A stretch of DNA of 64,000 nt from an uncultured Lachnospiraceae bacterium (GCA_910584685.1 CAJUAO010000011.1:22300-86299), one strand, 5' to 3'. Shown: positions 27,791 through 38,607, counted from the stretch's first letter. Notes: generated by a model from the letters alone, not told the origin. A program made the numbers and translations.

Positions 27791-28852
27791 ATGAAGAAAA
27801 AAATCAGCTTATTATTTTTAGCCATATTTATTGTTGGTATTATGGTGGGATGCGGCTCAAACGAGAGTATGTCAAAAAAGGTGGAACTAAGGGATGAGCC
27901 GGTTAAGTCCAGTTCAGACTATGGAAACGGAACAGGAAATATATCCTCCGGAGGTACAAATAAAGACAATAATACAACCTCAGATACCTTAAAGGTGGGC
28001 TTTATACAGACAGCAAATGAAAGCGGCTGGAGAGCTGCCCATACACAATCAATGAAGGATACGTTTGACACAGACGAGTATACATATACCTTTGTTGACG
28101 GTCAGGGAGACCAGGCTGTCCAGATAGCAGGAATGGAAAGATTTATAAAAGAAGCCTATGATGTTATAATACTTGACCCTATTGTTGAGGAAGGCTGGGA
28201 CGACATACTTAAAAAGGCGCAAAATGCAGATATTCCGGTAATTGTAGTAGACAGAATGGTTTCTTCCGACAGCAGTCTGTATAGCTGCTGGATAGGCTCG
28301 GACTTTGAGAAGGAGGGAAAGGATGCGGCTCAGTGGCTTGTAGATAATAAGGGAACAACGGAAGCGCAAAATATAGTTATATTAGAGGGTACTAAGGGCG
28401 CGTCGGCACAGCTTGGACGAACATCAGGCTTTGATGCAGTTATAAGTCAGTACGATAATTATACTGTGCTTGCAAGCGAAGACGGTGACTTTGATAAGGC
28501 TAAGGGTAAGGAGCTTATGAAGAATTACATGGGAAGATTTGACAAGATAGATGTTATTGTTACCCAGAATGATAATATGGCGTACGGCGTTATTGAGGCA
28601 ATAAATGAGGCAGGAAAAAAGCCGTCGGACTATACAATAATATCCTTTGACGGAGAGGCAAATGCCTTTAAGGAAATGATAAACGGAAACATAGCCGTAG
28701 ATATAGAGTGTAATCCTCTTCAGGGACCAACCATTGAGGCGGTAATGAAAAAATTATTGGCAGGGGAGACTGTTGAAAAGAAGCTGTATATGGAGGAGGG
28801 AGTATATCCGGCATCCGTTGCAGCGCAAGAGGTTGCAAACCGTAAATATTAA
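27791..28852 (+). CDS. Sugar ABC-type periplasmic binding lipoprotein (PBP1, ribose/galactofuranose-binding-like)
   Basis: The true start is MKKKISLLFLAIFIVGIMVGC|GS (lipobox) after GGAGGAA. LKVGFIQTANESGWR... is typical of type-1 sugar-binding proteins. Confidence 0.8.
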   Translation: MKKKISLLFLAIFIVGIMVGCGSNESMSKKVELRDEPVKSSSDYGNGTGNISSGGTNKDNNTTSDTLKVGFIQTANESGWRAAHTQSMKDTFDTDEYTYTFVDGQGDQAVQIAGMERFIKEAYDVIILDPIVEEGWDDILKKAQNADIPVIVVDRMVSSDSSLYSCWIGSDFEKEGKDAAQWLVDNKGTTEAQNIVILEGTKGASAQLGRTSGFDAVISQYDNYTVLASEDGDFDKAKGKELMKNYMGRFDKIDVIVTQNDNMAYGVIEAINEAGKKPSDYTIISFDGEANAFKEMINGNIAVDIECNPLQGPTIEAVMKKLLAGETVEKKLYMEEGVYPASVAAQEVANRKY

Positions 28853-28889
28853 TAAAGGATAGTCGCATATTCGACAGATTGGAGACGGC

Positions 28890-30914
28890 ATGGAAGAAAA
28901 AAAGATAAAAAAGGGAAATGCTCTTACATCAATACGAACAAGAATAGTGGCTATGGCAGTTGGGTGTATTATACTGGCTCTTGTAGTTGCTTACATAAGC
29001 ATAGTTCCGGGAGCAAAGAATTCCCTGACAGATTCCAGTGAAAATAACATGGTAAGTCTGGCAAAAAGCTACATAAAAATTTTAAACAATAATATAAGCG
29101 CAATAAATGAAACCGTTTCATATATGAGCAGCAGTTCAGATATATATAATTGTCTTATGCAGGGTGGTGAGACATATCTGGTGGAGGCGGAATTTAATGA
29201 ATATCTCAGGGATAATTCCTCCTACACAGAGGTGTCAGTATATAACAAAAACGGGGAATTTGTCACGTCAAGCGGCGCAAAGGACGGGAGGGCAGACGCT
29301 CCCTATTATGTTAACGCAGTTCTTTCAACGGGACTTCCTGCCCAGAGCGATATTATAACAGAGGGAGTAGACAAGCCGTCTGTGATATGCGCCATACCTC
29401 TTGATAATTCAGGAAGTATTTTTGGAGTAATATGTGTCACGGTGCCTGCTAAGGTTATTACGGCAGATTTAGGAGAAATAAATATACAGGATATAGAATC
29501 AAGCTTTGCATATCTGGTAAGTCCTCAGGGCTATATAATCTATCATCCTGAGGATGAATACATAGGTAAAATAATTGGGAATGAAACAATAAGAGGCTTT
29601 TTATCACAGGGAAACGTGGCGTCGGCAATTATAGATTTTAATTTTGACGGCTCAGATAAAATAGCGGGACTTGCAACGTCGGCAGCAAATAACTGGATGC
29701 TTGTAATACAGGCAAACAAGGCAGAGCTTTTGTCTCCAATAAACAGGCTTACAATAATTGCCCTTATAATACTGGCGGTGACAATGGCAGTGCTTGCGGC
29801 AGTAGTATTCCTTATATCAGCAGGAATAACAAGACCTATAAAGGTCCTTACAAGGAGCATTAATAACATAGCTGAGCTTGATTTCAGAGATGATAAAAAA
29901 GTTCATGAGCTGGGAGGAAGACTTGACGAGACAGGAGAGATGAGCCGTGCCATTGACCATATGCAGAGCCATATAAAAGAAATTATTGGCATGATAAATG
30001 ATGCGTCTCTAAAGATAGCAGGCAGCAGCGACACCTTAAACGGCATAGCTACGTCGCTGAATGACTGCGCAAGCGACAATTCGGCAGTAAGCGAGGAGCT
30101 TGCGGCAGGTATGGAGCAGACGTCAGGTATGACCACCAGCATTTACAATGAGGTTGAGTATATTAAGCAAAAGACAGAAGCCATAAGCAAACGTTCTCAG
30201 GAAACAATAGAGCTTTCAAAGGGAATAGTTGCAAGGGCAACAGATGCAAAAAACACTACAGGAAAGGCGTCAGACAATACAAAATCCTTATATCATGAGG
30301 TCAGCAGAGAGGCAAGAACTGCCATTGAGCAGTCAAGGGCTGTAAATAAGATAAATGACCTTACACAGGATATTATGAATATAGCGGACCAGACAAGTCT
30401 TCTTGCAATTAACGCATCTATAGAGGCAGCAAGGTCAGGAGAGTATGGAAAGGGCTTTGCGGTAGTTGCCAATGAGATAAGTCATCTGGCAGCGCAGTCA
30501 TCGGATACGGTTTCGGATATTGTTGAAATAGTAAGAGAGGTTACAAGCGCCGTAAACAGTATTGAAAAATGTCTTGACAAGACATTGTCATTCCTTGAAA
30601 GCTCAGTTATGAGGGATTATGATGAATTTATACAGATAAGCGGAGAATACAATTCAGATGCGGAGTCCTTTAGCGACACTATAAAGGGTATATGCGGTAA
30701 TATTGATGAGCTTCAAAATGCAACAGGCCAGATAGCAGAGGCTATATCAAAAATAAACAGCACCATAAGCGAATCAACAAACGGCATAACAGGCATAGCC
30801 CAGAGAGCAACGGATGTAGTTACACTTTCTTCTGATACGTACGATAAGGTACAGGATAATGTTAATATGGCAAATATGCTTAAGGAGATAGTAGATAAGT
30901 TTACTCTTGAATAA
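28890..30914 (+). CDS. Methyl-accepting chemotaxis protein (Cache-like sensor, HAMP, MA domain)
   Basis: Two TM helices flank a ~270-aa extracellular domain. The highly conserved MCP hairpin tip LLAINASIEAARSGEYGKGFAVVANEI is present. Confidence 0.9.
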   Translation: MEEKKIKKGNALTSIRTRIVAMAVGCIILALVVAYISIVPGAKNSLTDSSENNMVSLAKSYIKILNNNISAINETVSYMSSSSDIYNCLMQGGETYLVEAEFNEYLRDNSSYTEVSVYNKNGEFVTSSGAKDGRADAPYYVNAVLSTGLPAQSDIITEGVDKPSVICAIPLDNSGSIFGVICVTVPAKVITADLGEINIQDIESSFAYLVSPQGYIIYHPEDEYIGKIIGNETIRGFLSQGNVASAIIDFNFDGSDKIAGLATSAANNWMLVIQANKAELLSPINRLTIIALIILAVTMAVLAAVVFLISAGITRPIKVLTRSINNIAELDFRDDKKVHELGGRLDETGEMSRAIDHMQSHIKEIIGMINDASLKIAGSSDTLNGIATSLNDCASDNSAVSEELAAGMEQTSGMTTSIYNEVEYIKQKTEAISKRSQETIELSKGIVARATDAKNTTGKASDNTKSLYHEVSREARTAIEQSRAVNKINDLTQDIMNIADQTSLLAINASIEAARSGEYGKGFAVVANEISHLAAQSSDTVSDIVEIVREVTSAVNSIEKCLDKTLSFLESSVMRDYDEFIQISGEYNSDAESFSDTIKGICGNIDELQNATGQIAEAISKINSTISESTNGITGIAQRATDVVTLSSDTYDKVQDNVNMANMLKEIVDKFTLE

Positions 30915-30963
30915 GAATATTAATTTGTGCATTTGAAAAAGAAAGCTCCTCACATGTAGTCCG

Positions 30964-31285
30964 GGTATGTCCCATTAAAAGGCTCCTAGGATTGGAACGG
31001 GGAGGTCATGCCGGGACAGACAGGTAAATATAATTTTTTAAAGCTTCGAAACATGGAAGAAATTCTATCAACGGAATACCGCCACTTTCTAAGCTGCGAG
31101 CGTAACTCGCAAGGGGCTAAAAAGCAGCCCCTTACTCAGACAGACGCTCTACGCTAAGAAGCTGACGGTATTCCGTTGATGAATTTCTAACCATGTTCCT
31201 CAATGCTTTAAAAAATTATATTTACCTGTCTGTCCCGGCATGACCTCCCCGTTCCAACCCTAGAAGCCTTTTAATGGGACATACC
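30964..31285. repeat. Very long imperfect palindrome (~120-bp arms, ~80-bp structured centre)
   Basis: The left arm 30964-31082 is nearly the reverse complement of 31165-31285. The first ~80 bp are identical apart from 2 transitions. The centre itself contains GCGAG/CTCGC and GGGGCT/AGCCCC hairpins. Confidence 0.9.
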
Positions 31286-31743
31286 CTCAGTTGCAAGCTG
31301 TTAGGGGGATGAGTGATTTTTGTTTATTTTTCTTCCGATAAATTTTTATATTTAGATATGTAAGCATAGCGTATATCAGCAAATAAGCTTATATATACAT
31401 ATTCTTGTATATATATTTATAGAAAATAAAATAATTGGATAAATGTATTTCATTTTCCATATTTTTATGTCTGATATAAGCAAATCCACATAAATACAAA
31501 GTGAATAGGTAATTGTCAGTTGTGATTGAGCCATTTATGTAAAACATTGATTTCATGTGAGGAAAACTTTTTTCACAGGTACAAATTAAAATTTATCCAT
31601 AAACCAAACTCCTAATCTATACAAACTAAAATATTACGACTGCAACAGTCTATTTTTAAATAAAAAGAAATATATGGAAATAATATTATCCTTGATGTAT
31701 AATATTTCTAAAATAATAAAATTCTTTGAAGGAGAATAAAGAT

Positions 31744-32817
31744 ATGCTTTTATTTATGCCAACAATAGTTTTCAGTGAGGAAGATTGTGTGAGAAATCAT
31801 GCAAATGAATTAGCGCTTATGGGCACAAAGGCAATGATAGTTACAGGGAAACATTCGTCAAGGGCTAACGGCTCCCTTAATGATGTGGAGGAAGCGCTGA
31901 AATCCCAAAATGTTTCATATGTTATATTTGACGATATAGAGGAAAATCCATCAGTAGAGACAGTTGTAAAGGCCTGTGATATGGGTATTAAGGAAAAAGT
32001 TGATTTTATAATAGGTATAGGAGGAGGCTCTCCCCTTGACGCGTCAAAGGCAATAGCCCTTTTGATTGCTAACCCTGATAAGGATGAAACCGTTCTGTAT
32101 GAAAATATTCCACTTGGATATATACCTTTGGCATGCGTGCCTACCACATGCGGTACAGGCTCAGAGGTTACGCCATATTCTATACTGACGCTTCATAAGC
32201 AGAGAACTAAAAGGAGCATAAGCCACAAAATATATCCGCAGGTGGCTCTTATTGATGGAAAATATTTGAAAACTGCTGACAGAAGCTGTATTGTAAACAC
32301 TGCGGTTGACGCACTTGCGCATCTTATTGAAAGCTATTTAAATACAAACTCAAACGAATTAAACAGAATATACAGCAGAGAGGGACTTATGATGTGGGGG
32401 CAGCTTAAGGATAAGCTTATTGAGGATAAAATTACAAAAGCAGATTATACTAAGCTTATGCATGTTTCCATGGTGGCAGGAATGGCTATTACACATACAG
32501 GAACGTCCCTTCCCCACGGACTTAGCTATATGATTACATACGAGATGGGAGTTCCCCACGGAAAAGCAGTAGGAATGTATCTTGGAGGGTATGTAAGCAT
32601 TTATAAGGACAGTAAGGAGGCTTGTGAGGTTTTAAGTTTGCTGGGCTTTGAAAGTCAGGAGGCTTTTTCGGATTATTTGGACAAAATACTGGGAGATACA
32701 GAGGTATCAAAGGAAATACTTGAAAAAAATGCCGAAAGCATACTTTCAAACGAGTCAAAGCTGAAAAATTATCCTTTCAGTATAACGAAAGAGGAAATAT
32801 TATCTATGAAAAAATAA
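31744..32817 (+). CDS. Iron-containing alcohol dehydrogenase family protein
   Basis: GIGGGSPLDASKAIA and histidine-rich metal-site regions. ATG at 31744 after GAAGGAG. Confidence 0.85.
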   Translation: MLLFMPTIVFSEEDCVRNHANELALMGTKAMIVTGKHSSRANGSLNDVEEALKSQNVSYVIFDDIEENPSVETVVKACDMGIKEKVDFIIGIGGGSPLDASKAIALLIANPDKDETVLYENIPLGYIPLACVPTTCGTGSEVTPYSILTLHKQRTKRSISHKIYPQVALIDGKYLKTADRSCIVNTAVDALAHLIESYLNTNSNELNRIYSREGLMMWGQLKDKLIEDKITKADYTKLMHVSMVAGMAITHTGTSLPHGLSYMITYEMGVPHGKAVGMYLGGYVSIYKDSKEACEVLSLLGFESQEAFSDYLDKILGDTEVSKEILEKNAESILSNESKLKNYPFSITKEEILSMKK

Positions 32818-32856
32818 AAAAGTTTAAAAACAGGCTTAGTCAGACTTTGCATTTTT

Positions 32857-33813
32857 ATGGAGAACTTTCCTATTATTAAAAGAAGGATGGAATTGATGAT
32901 AAATTTTATAAAAAAGGTTTATAAGGTTATATATGATTTCACAGATAAGCTAAACGAGGACCATGTATATGCATATGCCACCCAGTCTGCATTTTTTATT
33001 ATAATATCTGCCTTTCCTTTATTGCTGCTGGTTTTTTCGCTTATAAGATATACTCCTGTCACAGAGGAATTTCTTTTAAGCGCCGCCTCAAACGTTATGC
33101 CGGAAACCTTAAAGCCGTTGGCAGAATCCCTTATAAGGGAAATATATGAAAAAACCAGCGGAACTATCGTATCATTTACGGCGATTTTTACGGTCTGGTC
33201 GGCCTCTAAGGGAGTACTATCCATTATAAGAGGAATGAATAATGTATTTAACATAAAGGAAAACAGGAACTATTTTGTGCTTCGCCTGATAGCCAGCCTG
33301 TATACAGTGCTTTTTGTTGTAGGAATAGTATTGTCCCTTGTGATGGTGGTATTTGGAAACACGCTGCTTGGTGCGTTTAGAAAACATGTCCCTATATTAT
33401 ACGATTTGGTAGAGTGGCTTATAGGCATGCGTATACTATATGTTCCCGTGATACTTACATTATTGTTTATAGGCTTATATAAGCTTATAGACGATAAAAA
33501 ATATACCTTCATGAATCACCTTCCGGGAGCGCTATTTTCAGCGGTGGGCTGGATGGGCTTTTCATTTTTTTATTCAGTATATGTAGATAACTTTGCAGGA
33601 AAATCATATGCATACGGAAGTCTTACCACTATAGTGCTTTTAATGCTGTGGATTTATATCTGTATGTATATACTTTTTATCGGAGCGGAGATAAATGTAT
33701 ATTTTGGAAGGTTTATACAATATTATAGAAGGAAGATAAAGCATAAGATAAAAATGGATAGAAAAACATCCATGGATAGAAAAACATCCACGGATAGAAA
33801 AAATAATTTGTAG
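32857..33813 (+). CDS. YihY/BrkB family membrane protein
   Basis: Multi-TM protein with the YihY-like pattern (QSAFFIIISAFPLLLL..., ...GAEINV). The start is uncertain (32857, 32887 or 32896). The C-terminal tail has MDRKTS repeats. Confidence 0.75.
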   Translation: MENFPIIKRRMELMINFIKKVYKVIYDFTDKLNEDHVYAYATQSAFFIIISAFPLLLLVFSLIRYTPVTEEFLLSAASNVMPETLKPLAESLIREIYEKTSGTIVSFTAIFTVWSASKGVLSIIRGMNNVFNIKENRNYFVLRLIASLYTVLFVVGIVLSLVMVVFGNTLLGAFRKHVPILYDLVEWLIGMRILYVPVILTLLFIGLYKLIDDKKYTFMNHLPGALFSAVGWMGFSFFYSVYVDNFAGKSYAYGSLTTIVLLMLWIYICMYILFIGAEINVYFGRFIQYYRRKIKHKIKMDRKTSMDRKTSTDRKNNL

Positions 33814-33823
33814 AAAAAAATAC

Positions 33824-33852
33824 TTGCAAAAGAAATAGAATGATGTTATCAT
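33824..33852 (+). promoter_or_regulatory. Putative promoter of the rimP-nusA-infB operon
   Basis: -35 TTGCAA (33824-33829), 17-nt spacer, -10 TATCAT (33847-33852). Confidence 0.5.
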
Positions 33853-33881
33853 CAATAAGGTGATATGGTAACTGTTGGTAA

Positions 33882-33915
33882 AGAGTGGGCAAAAGCCCAC
33901 TCTTTGTTGATTTTT
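33882..33915 (+). terminator. Leader terminator/attenuator upstream of rimP
   Basis: AGAGTGGGC-AAAA-GCCCACTCT stem-loop followed by TTGTTGATTTTT, located between the promoter and the rimP RBS. Confidence 0.6.
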
Positions 33916-33944
33916 ATAATTTAATCAAAATTTGGAGGGATTAA

Positions 33945-34409
33945 ATGTCAAAGAAGGATGATTATGAAAAAAAGGCAGAGGAGCTTATAATTCCATTAAT
34001 TAAGAAAAATAATTTTGAACTGGTTGACACTGAATATGTCAGGGAGGGAGGAAATTATTACTTAAGATATTATATTGATAAGGAAAATGGAATAAATGTA
34101 GATGACTGTGAGCTTATAAGCAGGGCAGTAAGCGATTTGCTGGATAAAGAGGACTTTATTGAGGATTCATATATTCTTGAGGTTAGCTCGCCGGGACTTT
34201 TAAGACCTCTTAAAAAGCCAAGAGACTTTGAAAGAAGCATTGGCAGGCAGGTAGAGATAAAGCTTTACAAGGCTATGGACAAAAAGAAGGATTTTGAAGG
34301 GACACTGACTGGCTTTACAGACAGCAGCGTAACCATATCGGCAGACGGTGAGGAAATAACCTTTGACAGAGAAAAGATAGCGCTTATAAGGCTTGCGTTT
34401 GATTTTTAA
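33945..34409 (+). CDS. rimP: Ribosome maturation factor RimP
   Basis: 154 aa immediately upstream of nusA. The LEVSSPGL motif is typical of RimP. Confidence 0.9.
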   Translation: MSKKDDYEKKAEELIIPLIKKNNFELVDTEYVREGGNYYLRYYIDKENGINVDDCELISRAVSDLLDKEDFIEDSYILEVSSPGLLRPLKKPRDFERSIGRQVEIKLYKAMDKKKDFEGTLTGFTDSSVTISADGEEITFDREKIALIRLAFDF

Positions 34410-34454
34410 CAATGTTTTCAGCATATTATATAAAATTAGGAGGATAAAGAAAAA

Positions 34455-35513
34455 ATGAACAGAGAATTAATTGAAGCGTTAGATGTGTTGGAAAAGGAGA
34501 AGGATATAAGCAAGGAGGTAATGCTTGAGGCAATAGAAACATCTCTTATTACGGCTTATAAAAATCACTTTGGAAAGGCAGATAATGTAAAGGTAAATAT
34601 TGACAGGGATACGGGAGATTTTACAATCTTTGCGGAAAAGACCGTAGTGGAACAGGTAGAGGATAAAGCGGTAGAAATTTCACTAACCCAGGCTCAGGAA
34701 ATAGACAAAAAGTACAAGGAAGGCGATGTTGTAAACGTTGAGGTTAAGTCAAAGGAATTTGGACGTATAGCCACCCAGAACGCAAAAAATATTATTACAC
34801 AAACCATTCGCGAGGAGGAGAGAAAGGTACTCTTTGACAAATATTATGGCAAGGAAAAGGATATTGTAACAGGTATAGTACAGCGTATAAATGAAAGAAG
34901 CATAAGCATTAATCTGGGTAAGGCGGATGCGGTGCTTGGTGAGAACGAAATGGTAAAGACAGAAAAGTTCGCGCCTAATGACAGAATAAAGCTTTATGTG
35001 GTAGAGGTTAAAAATACTACAAAGGGTCCGCGCATTGTTGTGTCGAGAACACATCCGGAGCTTGTAAAAAGACTTTTTGAAGCTGAGGTAAGCGAGGTAA
35101 AGGATGGAATTGTTGAGATAGTAAACATTTCAAGAGAAGCCGGCTCAAGAAGCAAGATATCCGTAAGAAGCAACGACCCAAATGTAGACCCTGTAGGAGC
35201 CTGCGTAGGCGTAAACGGCTCAAGGGTAAATGCAATAGTCGACGAGCTTAGGGGAGAAAAGATAGATATTATAAACTGGAGTGAAAATCCTGCCATACTT
35301 ATAGAAAATGCGCTAAGTCCGGCAAAGGTAGTATCTGTAGTTGCAGATGATGAGGAGAAAACAGCAAGCGTAGTCGTGCCTGATTATCAGCTTTCTCTTG
35401 CAATAGGCAAGGAAGGTCAGAACGCAAGGCTTGCGGCAAGGCTTACAGGCTTTAAGATAGATATAAAGAGCGAAAGCCAGGCAAGAGAGCTTGAACAGTT
35501 AACTGAGGAGTAG
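34455..35513 (+). CDS. nusA: Transcription termination/antitermination factor NusA
   Basis: S1 and KH domain pattern (...GVNGSRVNAIVDELRGEKIDI..., ...LAIGKEGQNARLAARLTGFKIDI). Confidence 0.95.
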   Translation: MNRELIEALDVLEKEKDISKEVMLEAIETSLITAYKNHFGKADNVKVNIDRDTGDFTIFAEKTVVEQVEDKAVEISLTQAQEIDKKYKEGDVVNVEVKSKEFGRIATQNAKNIITQTIREEERKVLFDKYYGKEKDIVTGIVQRINERSISINLGKADAVLGENEMVKTEKFAPNDRIKLYVVEVKNTTKGPRIVVSRTHPELVKRLFEAEVSEVKDGIVEIVNISREAGSRSKISVRSNDPNVDPVGACVGVNGSRVNAIVDELRGEKIDIINWSENPAILIENALSPAKVVSVVADDEEKTASVVVPDYQLSLAIGKEGQNARLAARLTGFKIDIKSESQARELEQLTEE

Positions 35514-35526
35514 GAGATGCATCCTG

Positions 35527-35823
35527 ATGAGTGGAATGAATAATAAAAAAACATCAAAGAGCCAAAAAATTTCTTTGAGAAAGTGCACGGGCTGCGGTGA
35601 GATGAAGCCAAAAAAGGAAATGATTCGTGTTATAAAGACAGATACGAATGAGATATTTGTTGATATGACAGGCAAAAAAAACGGACGCGGCGCATATATA
35701 TGTCATTCTGCAGAATGCTTTGATAAGGCAAGAAAGACAAAGGGCTTTGAAAGGTCGCTTAAAACAGTAATTTCAGAGGATATATATGACAGTCTTGAAA
35801 AGGAGCTTAAAGGTAATGGATAA
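35527..35823 (+). CDS. ylxR: YlxR/DUF448 family RNA-binding protein
   Basis: LRKCTGCGEMKPKKEMIRV...GRGAYIC motif. Conserved position between nusA and infB. Confidence 0.85.
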   Translation: MSGMNNKKTSKSQKISLRKCTGCGEMKPKKEMIRVIKTDTNEIFVDMTGKKNGRGAYICHSAECFDKARKTKGFERSLKTVISEDIYDSLEKELKGNG

Positions 35824-36130
35824 AATATTGTCAATGATATCCCTTGCAACAAAGGCAGGAAAAACGGCAGGGGGAGAATTTTCAGTAGAAAAGGCAGTAA
35901 AGGAAAGAAAGGCGCATATGGTTATAGTTTCGGTGGAAGCATCGGACAATACGAAAAAGAAATTTACAAATATGTGTTCTTTTTATAAGGTACCTGTTTA
36001 CTTTTACGGCACCAAGGAAGAACTTGGACATTTCATGGGAAAGGAATTCAGAGCAAGTGTGGCTATTCTTGACGAAGGATTTAAAAAAGCATTAGAGAAA
36101 CAATTTTTAAGTATGGAGGTAATGCTATGA
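35816..36130 (+). CDS. ylxQ: L7Ae-family ribosome-associated protein YlxQ
   Basis: [16 protein letters not shown]... matches L7Ae/YlxQ-type proteins. Conserved position before infB. Confidence 0.8.
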   Translation: MDKILSMISLATKAGKTAGGEFSVEKAVKERKAHMVIVSVEASDNTKKKFTNMCSFYKVPVYFYGTKEELGHFMGKEFRASVAILDEGFKKALEKQFLSMEVML

Positions 36131-38607
36131 CAAAAATAAGAATATATGATTTAGCTAAGCAGATAGAAAGAGAAAGTAAGGAAATTATTGCAGCGTTAAA
36201 GGAGCAGGGAGTAGAGGGCAAGACAGCCTCGTCTTCCATTACTGAGGAGCAGGTGGAGTTAGTTAAGAGTAAGCTTTTGGCGGGAGTTAAAAAGGCAGAG
36301 AAAAGTGTCAGTGAAAAAGTCCAAAAGGGAGAGGATGCTGTTAAAAAAGCCGGTAAGAAAGCAGAAAAGGCAGTTAAAAATATAGAAAAGAATGTTGAGA
36401 AGAATATAGAAAAGGCTGCTGCTGAGGTTAAGAAAAGGGTTGAGGAAAGGACAGAGGAAAAGAAGAACAATCCGCCTCAGGGAGCCGGAAAGCAGAATAA
36501 TAAAAACCATAATAACGGCGGTAATCAAAAAAATAACGCCAACGGCGGTAATTCCAATGGCAGTAACGCCATGAATAATAGTGGCAATAATAACGGAAAC
36601 GGCAGGAACAATAATAAGGATAACAATAAGAATAACAATAAAAATAACGGCGGTGATAAGAAGCAGCATGGAGGCGACAAGCAGAAGGAGAAGCATATAA
36701 CAAAGGTATATAATCCTCAGAACAGCGGAGCCGGCGGTAAAAATAATAACAGGAAAAACAACGGAAAAGCAGGAGGAAACGGTAATCAGCCAAGGCAGCA
36801 GAGTCAGCAGCCTAAGCCGCAGCCAAAGCCTGAACCAAAGGAAGAGGAAATTAAGGTGATTACAATACCTGAAATTATTACTATAGGCGAGCTTGCTGCA
36901 AAAATGAAAATACAGGCCTCCGCACTTGTAAAGAAGCTGTTTTTACAGGGACAGATAGTTACAATAAACAATGAGATAGAGTTTGAGCAGGCAGAGGAAA
37001 TAGCTATGGATTATGACATCATAGCGGAGAAAGAGGAAAAGGTTGACGCTATTGAGGAACTTTTAAAGGAGGAAGAGGAAGACGAGAGCAATATGGTTAA
37101 GCGTAATCCCGTAGTATGCGTTATGGGACACGTAGACCATGGCAAGACCTCCCTTCTTGATGCAATAAGAAAGACAAACGTTATATCGGGGGAAGCAGGG
37201 GGAATTACACAGCATATAGGAGCGTATACTGTAGAATGCAACGGAGAGAATATTACCTTCCTTGACACGCCGGGACACGAGGCGTTTACGGCCATGCGTA
37301 TGCGAGGAGCGCAGGCTACGGATATAGCTATTCTGGTTGTGGCGGCAGACGATGGCGTTATGCCTCAGACAATCGAGGCAATAAGCCATGCAAAGGCAGC
37401 AGGGATAGAAATTATTGTAGCGGTAAATAAGATAGATAAGCCTAGCGCCAATGTTGAAAAGGTAAAACAGGAGTTAGCGGAATACGAGCTTCTCGCAGAG
37501 GACTGGGGAGGAAACACTACATTTGTACCTGTTTCAGCCCGGACAGGAGAAGGCTTGGAGCAGCTTCTGGAAATGGTGCTGCTTACAGCGGAGCTGCTTG
37601 AATTAAAGGCTAATCCAAAGAGAAAGGCAAGAGGTATTGTTATTGAAGCTAAGCTTGACAAGGGACGAGGCTCAGTAGCAACAGTTCTTGTTCAGAAGGG
37701 TACCCTTAAGGTAGGAGATTCTGTGGCAGCAGGCTCATGCTACGGCAAGGTTAGGGCAATGATTGACGATAAGGGAAATAAGGTAAAGGAGGCCGGACCG
37801 TCAAAGCCTGTTGAAATTTTGGGACTAAACAACGTGCCGAATGCAGGAGAGGTATTTGTCTCAACATCAAATGAAAAAGAGGCAAGAAGCTTTGCGGATA
37901 CGTTTATTTCACAGGACAGGGAAAAGCTGCTTGAGGGAGCAAGGGCAAAGAGCAAAATGTCCCTTGACGACCTGTTTACCCAGATACAGTCAGGAGACGT
38001 TAAGGAGTTAAATATTATTGTAAAGGCAGATGTCCAGGGCTCAGTGGAGGCAGTAAAGCAAAGTCTTGTAAAGCTTTCAAATGATGAGGTTGTTGTAAAG
38101 ATAATTCATGGCGGAGTAGGAGCCATAAATGAATCTGACGTAAGCCTTGCTGCGGCTTCAAACGCTATAATCATAGGCTTTAACGTCAGACCTGATAATC
38201 AGGCAAAGGATACGGCAGACAGGGAAAAGGTTGATATAAGGCTTTACAGGGTTATATATCAGGCAATAGAGGATGTGGAGGCAGCCATGAAGGGTATGCT
38301 TGACCCTGTGTTTGAGGAAAAGATTATCGGACATGGAGAGGTACGACAGTTGTTTAAGGCTTCAGGAGTCGGAACTATCGCAGGCTCTTATGTCCTAGAC
38401 GGCGTGTTTACCAGAGGCTGCAGCGTGAGAATTACCAGAGAGGGTGAACAGATATTTGAGGGAGCTTTGGCATCCCTTAAGAGATTTAAGGATGACGTAA
38501 AAGAGGTCAAGGCAGGCTACGAGTGCGGTCTTGTGTTTGAAGGCTTTAATGAGCTTCAGGAATTAGACCAGGTTGAGGCATATATTATGGTAGAGGTATC
38601 CCGCTAA
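36127..38607 (+). CDS. infB: Translation initiation factor IF-2
   Basis: GTPase motifs [19 protein letters not shown] and NKID. The N-terminal region is a long N/G/K-rich low-complexity tract. Confidence 0.97.
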   Translation: MTKIRIYDLAKQIERESKEIIAALKEQGVEGKTASSSITEEQVELVKSKLLAGVKKAEKSVSEKVQKGEDAVKKAGKKAEKAVKNIEKNVEKNIEKAAAEVKKRVEERTEEKKNNPPQGAGKQNNKNHNNGGNQKNNANGGNSNGSNAMNNSGNNNGNGRNNNKDNNKNNNKNNGGDKKQHGGDKQKEKHITKVYNPQNSGAGGKNNNRKNNGKAGGNGNQPRQQSQQPKPQPKPEPKEEEIKVITIPEIITIGELAAKMKIQASALVKKLFLQGQIVTINNEIEFEQAEEIAMDYDIIAEKEEKVDAIEELLKEEEEDESNMVKRNPVVCVMGHVDHGKTSLLDAIRKTNVISGEAGGITQHIGAYTVECNGENITFLDTPGHEAFTAMRMRGAQATDIAILVVAADDGVMPQTIEAISHAKAAGIEIIVAVNKIDKPSANVEKVKQELAEYELLAEDWGGNTTFVPVSARTGEGLEQLLEMVLLTAELLELKANPKRKARGIVIEAKLDKGRGSVATVLVQKGTLKVGDSVAAGSCYGKVRAMIDDKGNKVKEAGPSKPVEILGLNNVPNAGEVFVSTSNEKEARSFADTFISQDREKLLEGARAKSKMSLDDLFTQIQSGDVKELNIIVKADVQGSVEAVKQSLVKLSNDEVVVKIIHGGVGAINESDVSLAAASNAIIIGFNVRPDNQAKDTADREKVDIRLYRVIYQAIEDVEAAMKGMLDPVFEEKIIGHGEVRQLFKASGVGTIAGSYVLDGVFTRGCSVRITREGEQIFEGALASLKRFKDDVKEVKAGYECGLVFEGFNELQELDQVEAYIMVEVSR

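Noticed and set aside
36081-36793. Minus-strand ORFs of 121-145 aa overlapping infB
   Set aside because: They are shadows of the Asn/Gly/Lys low-complexity tract of IF-2. They have repetitive composition and no RBS.
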